Assembly: GCA_964016885.1 (NCBI GenBank) | Contig: OZ024743.1 | Location: forward strand, 107,942,001-108,006,000 | Origin: Eledone cirrhosa | Taxonomy: Eukaryota | Reading direction: 5' to 3' | DNA: 64,000 bases | In this document: positions 56,207 to 64,000 of the stretch, piece after piece | How positions within the stretch are numbered: position 1 is the first letter of the stretch | How the letters are laid out: every line of letters starts with the position of its first letter | Notes under the pieces: generated by a model | What the model saw: the letters and a program-made list of their open reading frames with translations, nothing else | Database searches by the model: none | What the model was told of the DNA's origin: nothing | Translations under genes and position numbers: made by a program

Positions 56207-56520
56207 TAAGAGGAATTCCAACTTTGTCTGATTTACTCGTTTTATTTACAATCCTTTAAAATTTATAATGGTATTATAATGAAATAGTATGATAGAATAT
56301 TAAATTCTAAGTGTTAATTGAACAAGTACTTTCATGCTTTCGCAATCTTCAGGTTCATAATATGTGATGACAGTCAAGTTTGCAATTTTCAACACTTGTT
56401 CAATTAACACTTAGAATTTAATATTCTATCATACTATTTCATTATAATACCATTATAAATTTTAAAGGATTGTAAATAAAACGAGTAAATCAGACAAAGT
56501 TGGAATTCCTCTTATTAATA
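56202..56520. mobile_element. Family C fold-back element, second locus (hammerhead 56319-56357, minus strand)
   Basis: Near-identical to 48975-49343. The inverted arm starts at 56394. Confidence 0.8.
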
Positions 56521-56553
56521 TAATCTTCTATACACAATCATACACACCCGTGT

Positions 56554-56655
<102 letters not shown>

Positions 56656-56807
56656 ATACTTGTGGAGGGTCATATTTGTGTAATATTGCCAGAATAAATA
56701 ACAGAACACACTCACTGTTTGGTTGGTTTTCGCTTTTCGCTTCTGTGTCGTTTATATCACGACACATGGTTTCATATAAAAAACCTCGCAAAACTAATTC
56801 ATCGCCG

Positions 56808-56845
<38 letters not shown>

Positions 56846-56979
56846 TGGGACGCGCACACAAATGTATGAAATTGCTCAATAAGACGTATATGAACAATAT
56901 ACAGCAATATCATGGACCGGAAGACTTATGTCTATTGAGAACTTGGTTACACATCTCTGCGTGAGATGCTCTCAACAAA

Positions 56980-57201
56980 CGGATACAGGAGCAATGTTTG
57001 AGTGGCGCGGGTAGATATTCAATTGATGTAGGTCAAAGATATCCTCTATTAAGTCTTAAGGGCTGTATCTAGTTCGTAGTTTATGAGATCCTGAAGCATA
57101 CAGGAGATGGGTACTCCGCAGCACTGTAGAACATGTCAAGTGCACTGCTACGTAGGGTGCATATGATAGCACCCCATGATGAACCTGCCAAGCTTCTAAA
57201 A
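56980..57201 (-). pseudogene. Vingi/Ingi-like LINE ORF fragment (post-RT region; not in the ORF track)
   Basis: Manual translation FRSLAGSSWGAIICTLRSSALDMFYSAAEYPSPVC, then frameshifted ELDTAL..PTSIEYLP..NIAP. Resembles the LAGxxWGA..TLRxxALxLxYSxAEYxxPVW signature. Confidence 0.65.
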
Positions 57202-57904
57202 TCCATGGTATGATCATTGCTTCCAATGCTCATGACGGTTTAGATTGATAATCATTGCATTTCATTACAGCTACTGCGGTAGCTGCAAACAACAAAACAA
57301 GAAGTGATTAAGGGTTATATTACACTTTATAGGTCAATAAAAGTGTTAAAGTTTATAATGTGGCCCTTTTTGAAGCAATGCTTACGAACTATTGCCTTTT
57401 CTGACTCCAGCCCATTTAAACATATTTTACTACATGCAGTTATGTGGCGTACCTGTTCCAAATTGGATACGTACAGCATTAAATCAATATGAATGGAGGC
57501 TATGACCTCCATTTGATAAAAAATTGGTTTATTCATGGTGTTTGCTTTTATAATCGTAATATACGTTGGTGAACTCCACATCTTGCGACAGTATATCCAG
57601 GTTGAGTACATATGTAAATGCAAGCCAATCTATTGGAGCACATATTTTCCCCCAGGCACGCCTATCTTTCTAGTCATGATCAACATAGCATGTCTGTTAA
57701 TCGATGGGAAACCTAGAGGGAACTAACTTATTGCTGCCAACAAATTTGCGAGAAAGGGCCATCTTCAATTTGGAGTGAAAATATATAGCCTTAACGTTGC
57801 CGTCTACTAGAAGTCAACCTACTCCAAACGATCCTAAGTATGTCCATATATAAACGCAAGGTTGCCTGATCAAACCCGCTTTTCGCTCAAAAGTCAAATA
57901 ATGC

Positions 57905-58012
57905 ACACTTAATAAATGGGAACTATATTTATGGAAACTATATTTATAAAACCATAATTATTTTATTATATATATTTCAAGGGCAACCAAAGCAAATTAT
58001 GGTGCGCTTTCA
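57905..58012 (-). mobile_element. Family A fragment truncated inside the hammerhead core
   Basis: TATTTTATTATATATATTTCAAGGGCAACCAAAGCAAATTATGGTGCGCTTTCA, then unrelated sequence. Confidence 0.75.
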
Positions 58013-58117
58013 AAGAAACATGCTTGAGAAACAACGCATACATAAACATCAGACACACATGTATATATTCTGGTTTACTTGTTCTGGACCTGATGTTGAG
58101 GCCAAGCTGGTTTACCA

Positions 58118-58167
<50 letters not shown>

Positions 58168-58584
58168 ATGTGTGTGTGTTATTACATATATATATATATA
58201 TGGTGGTACATATATATATATATGGCGTTGTTTCTCAAGTATAGTTAACCAACCACATGTTTCTTTTATACCGTACTAGAAATCTCTTTCTGAGTTATCC
58301 TCTAATATGCATGTCAGGACATCATTGGTGGTTCGGGGTTGTCAATTATGCATGGTCTGCGGCTCCCTACACTAAATGCACTTTCCCTTGAAGAAAAATC
58401 AGAAAGGGGATTAATTCTTACTAAGACCTTAAAAAGCCTTTTCTGAACCTTTATGGAATGTGACAATATTGGTGAAAGTTGATGTCAGTAGTGGTGGTGG
58501 TGCTTCTGAGCTGTCTTTTAACATTTGTTGTCTTATTTTTGTTCACCTCTATCGTTTGCCTATATAAAGAACATAGACACATAA

Positions 58585-58623
<39 letters not shown>

Positions 58624-58829
58624 CACATACATACAGACGCAAACTCTCATACACACATACATACATTGATTCTCACTACGTTCTGCCGACTTCCACTCCC
58701 ATAAATGGCTTGTTTCTTCGGTATATATATATATGTGCGTGTGTGTGTATGTGTGTGTGTATGTGTGTGTGTGTATGCGTGTGTGTATGTGTGTATGTGT
58801 GTGTGTGTGTGTGTGTGCGTGTGTCTGTG

Positions 58830-58919
<90 letters not shown>

Positions 58920-59161
58920 ATCACATACAACACATAAACATCATTTATGTCATCATACATATCACGTATCGTTCTGTTTTAGCTACTGAAAGCTAATGGG
59001 AGGTTTAGAAGACTTGAGTGTGAAAAGGCAGCTCAGCTGCCAGGATTAAGACCCTAGTTAAAACCTGACGTTGACCTCTGGTCAAAAGTACATGGAACAT
59101 CCGGAGAGTCATTAAATATTTCAAGAGATGTATTGATGAACATTCTCCCTATGTGTGTGTT

Positions 59162-59239
<78 letters not shown>

Positions 59240-59605
59240 TGTGTGCGTGTCTCTGTATGTGATGTGTATGTAAGTGATAGAAAGAGAGAGGATAGCAAAA
59301 AGGAGGCTGACCATCCGAGACTGGTTAAGTAGGATCGGCAAAGAGGGAATCAGAGAAAGAGGGACACATATACACACGTGTGTGTGTGTGTGTTTGCAGA
59401 GAGAGAGAGAGAGAGGGAGAAACAGGGAGATAAAAGAGAGAGAGACATACAATAGAGAGAAATAGAGAGATAAAAGAGATAGATGGATAAATAGAGAGGG
59501 AGAGAGAAAGAGAGCTAGAGAGAAAGAGAGAGAGAGAGAGATAGAGAAAAATAATTAGAGATAGGGAGAGAAAAGAGACCGAGAGAGGAAATAGGGAGAA
59601 ATAGA

Positions 59606-59675
<70 letters not shown>

Positions 59676-59977
59676 TAGGGAGGGGGGGGGGGGGATAAAA
59701 AGTAAAAGGACTATTCATTGATTCTTTGTTTTGAATTATTAAACAGATCTAAAGAGGTATTCAGACAAAATTTTGCTTTGCTAAGTTACCTTTTGTTGTT
59801 TTTGCAAATGTTGTTGTTGTAGCCTGATGTTGTTTGTTGTTTTTTTACCCATTACACTGTCTCTACATTTCATGTTTTGTTATCTCTCTTTTTTTTATAT
59901 TTATATTTTCATTTTATTTTACTTTATTTATTTATTTCTGAACGCCAACATGGAGCCGATTGGTGTTTTCTACAATT

Positions 59978-60067
<90 letters not shown>

Positions 60068-60124
60068 ATATACCTTTGTGCCAGTGTATGCGTATATAAA
60101 TATGTATTTGTAAATATATATAAA

Positions 60125-60191
<67 letters not shown>

Positions 60192-60333
60192 TATGCAGAC
60201 AAATACAATACATGCTTATTTCGTTTAATATTCTACTCTATGTTGTAAATATACATACAAAGGGCAAATTCTCCAAGATTTTATTCAATTATATATATAG
60301 ATATGAATTTATGTATATATGTGCATATATATA

Positions 60334-60423
<90 letters not shown>

Positions 60424-60813
60424 TATATATATGCACATGCACATATATACATATATATATATATACTTATATAAATATATATAAATACATTCACATTAAA
60501 TTCAAACGTAAATGTACAACGTGAATATATATATGTGTATATGTGTGCAACCTTATATGTATGGAGATATTGAAGCTGCTTTAAAATACAAACCCAACCA
60601 TTTTATTAAGAAGTAATATATACAGTCGTATATATTTCAATTTTTAGTGCTGACTTATATTTCCTTTCAATTTATCTTTTTGTCTAAATAATGTGTGTGC
60701 GTGTGCATGCAATGTGCGCACATATGGTACTAATACATATAGATAGATAAATATATATCATACATAACTAACACACATGTATATACAAGTAGAACATTCG
60801 AAAACAACACAAC

Positions 60814-60893
<80 letters not shown>

Positions 60894-61016
60894 CATACAT
60901 ACAAGGGTCACGCTATTATTAAAAAATGATTATTGCATTGTTATGCATTATTGCATTTAATATATAAATATTCAGTTTTTAAATGGCAGCGCGGCTTTTG
61001 GTTCACTATATATATA

Positions 61017-61074
<58 letters not shown>

Positions 61075-61210
61075 GTGTTTGTGTCTGTGTATGGATATGT
61101 GTGTGTGATTCACAAACTCCTCTCTGTTTGTGGTAATTATTGCGACTTAATTTCAATGTAAGCATCCGAGCTAATATTTTAGGAATGTTTATAAATCTAA
61201 CGGTAAACAT

Positions 61211-61572
61211 TCTATGCACAAATGTATGTTTAAATAATTGTTTCTACATTTGGCACAAGGCCAGCAATTACTCAGTGCATTACTGGTACCTTATTTTATC
61301 AGTAATGCACTGGGAAATTGCTGGCCTTGTGCCAAATGTAGAAACAATTATTTAAACATACATTTGTGCATAGATTGTATGTTTAAATAATTCTTTCTAC
61401 TTTAGGCACAAGGCTACCAATAACCCAGTACCTTACTGGTACTTTATTTTATCGACCCCGTAAGGATGAAAGGCAAAGTTAACCTCGGCGGGATTTGAAC
61501 TCAGACTGTAAAGGGACGTAACTATGCTAGAAAGCACGGTGTCTGACGCTCTACCGATTCTGCCAATCTACA
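61211..61572. other. Inverted triplication of SINE tail plus flank, followed by a full SINE (61388-61572, minus)
   Basis: Arms 61211-61285 and 61300-61374. A third forward flank TGTATGTTTAAATAATT starts at about 61376. Confidence 0.85.
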
Positions 61573-61584
61573 AATAATGGGGGA

Positions 61585-61775
61585 TTGTCGGAACTGGTAG
61601 AGCTCTGCAGAAAATACACTGTGGTATTTAGTCCTGTTCTACGTTCTGTAGTCAAAGCCCGCTGAGGTTAGCTTTGATGTTCAGCCTTCTAAAGGATCAT
61701 AAATTAAATAAAGTACTTGCATCGATTCAATCGACTGTCCTCTCCCCTAAAATTGCTGGGCTTGTGCCTAAATGG
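61585..61775 (+). mobile_element. SINE family 1, old diverged copy
   Basis: Degenerate head and TTGCTGGGCTTGTGCCTAAA tail. Confidence 0.55.
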
Positions 61776-62446
61776 ACATATATTGTTAAATTCTTTGTCC
61801 AAATTTACCCTCCCCTTCTCTCTCTATCTCTCTTTTTCTCTCTGTATACACGCACATACCCACATATTTTACTTCCTATAAGGTCATACATTATATTTTA
61901 TATTATTACTTTTTTGTACTATCATGTAAGATGTAATGTTATGTTAGTCTTTTTAGTGTGACACTCATATTAAAACTATTTCTCTTTCGTCTGGTATTTG
62001 ATGTTTTACTTTTGTGAATATATATCGTTAAAGAAGCAATATTTCTCTAGCTTCAGTACTCGTTTTCGTTGCGTATTTTGTTATATATATTGTTTCATTT
62101 GAAATTGTTAAGTAATCTCACCTGACTTATACTCTTTTTATCTATAAGAAGACTGACGCCATTTTAAATTATCTTCTTTTTGTATGCTTCAAAAACAAGT
62201 AAGCAAACAGTATTAATGCTTAGATTTATTGTTATACTAAATATTGATTTTATTATTATTTTTCTTTTCTGTGTTCAACCGACTACGCTTTAGCATAGTT
62301 TAATCGTTTTAAAATATGTTTAGGAAGTTTCAACTGGTCAATATTCTCGCAAACAATATTATCTTACCCTCTCTCACTATCTCTCACCTTGTCACTCTTA
62401 TACTATCGTTGTTTCGTCCTCCCTTACCTATCGGTCTTCCTCTCTT

Positions 62447-62504
<58 letters not shown>

Positions 62505-62673
62505 TAATGGTAGCTGAGATTCGTCCATAGGCGGTATGCCGATTTGCACTCTATGTTCCTACGGAGCAGAGTATGATAGAATGGAAAACGAAAAATCAGT
62601 GATGCATTGGAAGTCAATTTATTACGTATTACAATTGTTTTCCCGGCTCACAGCCCGAGGAGCGATGTGTGCG

Positions 62674-62883
62674 TGGATCGACCTGTCTTTGGATTCGCGC
62701 TTTCCTCATACTCAACTATTGTATGTATATATTTTATATATATATATATATTATATGCATATGTATATATATATATATAATATATATATATATACATATG
62801 CATATAATATATATATATATATAAAATATATACATACAATAGTCGAGTATGAGGAAAGCGCGAATCCAGAGACATGTCGATCC

Positions 62884-62884
<1 letters not shown>
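62674..62884. repeat. Inverted duplication centred on (TA)n, about 105-bp arms
   Basis: TGGATCGACCTGTCTTTGGATTCGCGCTTTCCTCATACTC and GAGTATGAGGAAAGCGCGAATCCAGAGACATGTCGATCCA. Confidence 0.92.
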
Positions 62885-62951
<67 letters not shown>

Positions 62952-62956
<5 letters not shown>

Positions 62957-63090
62957 AACAAGTAAGTCCCCGACGGCTGAGCTCAAGCGGTTTCGACGGC
63001 TAATTCTGGAATTAGCCGTCGAAACGGCTTGAGTTCAGCCGTCGGGGTCTTACTTGTTCCTATTACCCACTCTACTACCCTAAGTATTGA
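62952..63090. mobile_element. Family D fold-back element (arms 62952-63063)
   Basis: Centre GACGGCTAATTC-TG-GAATTAGCCGTC. Confidence 0.8.
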
Positions 63091-63104
63091 TATATTTGTC
63101 AACG

Positions 63105-63166
<62 letters not shown>

Positions 63167-63186
63167 CGTTGACAAATATATCAATA
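63085..63186. repeat. Inverted duplication centred on (TA)n
   Basis: TATTGATATATTTGTCAACGAATTA and TAATTCGTTGACAAATATATCAATA. Confidence 0.92.
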
Positions 63187-64000
63187 TGCCTTTACATGTA
63201 GATATATTGCCCTTGGTATGACAGTGTGGTTTTAGATCAATGTAGGATAACTAGTATACTACAGAGCCGTTATAGTTATACGAATAACCAAAGTGTACTT
63301 AGAAATACATAGTTTTATTAGCTAACAGTGTTTCATCCATACACCATGGCAGGAATCTTCAGAGCTTATAAACATGAGTATATCAGTAGTTGCATGCTCC
63401 ATCGAGCTGCGTCACCAGAAGAAGGTTAAATGACCAGCAGAGGGGTCCCGAGGCTAGTGCTATATGGAAAAAGTCATAATACATGATGCACATAATGTCA
63501 TAACATTTCTTAAAAATTTAAAAATAAAAAATAAAAAATTAAAAGTTACACCAAAAATGTATCACTTATATGGTGCAATAGATGATGAAGAGGCTGGGAA
63601 AGGGTAGCAAGGGATGAGTTATGGTATTACTCAGCATGATCAGAAACAATCAGAAAATACAAGAAAATAACCAAAAAATAATAATAAAAAAGTACAAAAA
63701 TACAGGGATAAGAAAAGAGATAAATACAAAAATACAAAACAATTAATGAACAAAAAGCCAGGAAACCCACCAAAAAATATAAGGCAAAGCAAAGCGTGGA
63801 TGCATCTAAGCACAAGCATTTCAAAAGCGTGTACAGGCAGATCAAGAGAGTTTGCAAGCATGAGTCTGTGAAAAGAATTGTTGGTTAGCCGTAATGCAGC
63901 CTTACATGTATGATAGTCCATATGAGTGATGGTGTACTCCAAGTATATCGCCCTGTAATAGGTCGATTCTCCTTATCATATCCGCACCCCACGAACCACA

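Noticed and set aside
57600-57700. PGTPIFLVMIN resembling the RT QG..GP..FLxxIND motif
   Set aside because: Too degenerate to call without a search.
63820-63960. Possible decayed L2/CR1-type LINE C-terminus (NNSF..R...NSL)
   Set aside because: Only faint motif similarity.

Overview
Eukaryotic, very AT-rich, microsatellite-saturated non-coding DNA (intergenic or deep intronic). The repeat landscape resembles a coleoid cephalopod such as Octopus, which is an inference. No host protein-coding gene is supportable, and nearly all listed ORFs are (TA)n/(CA)n/(GA)n read-throughs. Real coding homology is limited to decayed transposons: a cluster in an (AAT)n tract at 38.6-42.5 kb (two R4/Dong-like RLE LINE 3' fragments around an antisense Tx1-like LINE), an internally deleted mariner (50281-51179), small RTE-like and Vingi/Ingi-like fragments, and a hAT-type MITE. 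About 30 copies of one tRNA-derived SINE and two minor SINE-like families are present. The most interesting signal is a set of at least five mutually unrelated short non-coding families sitting in (TA)n tracts. They carry type I hammerhead-ribozyme motifs (stem I-CUGANGA-stem II-GAAA-palindromic stem III-UH-stem I) and mostly form fold-back inverted repeats, consistent with Penelope-like pLTR or retrozyme-like elements. Also notable are repeated inverted duplications centred on (TA)n, and a resemblance between the SINE 3' tail and the Tx1-like LINE 3' end.
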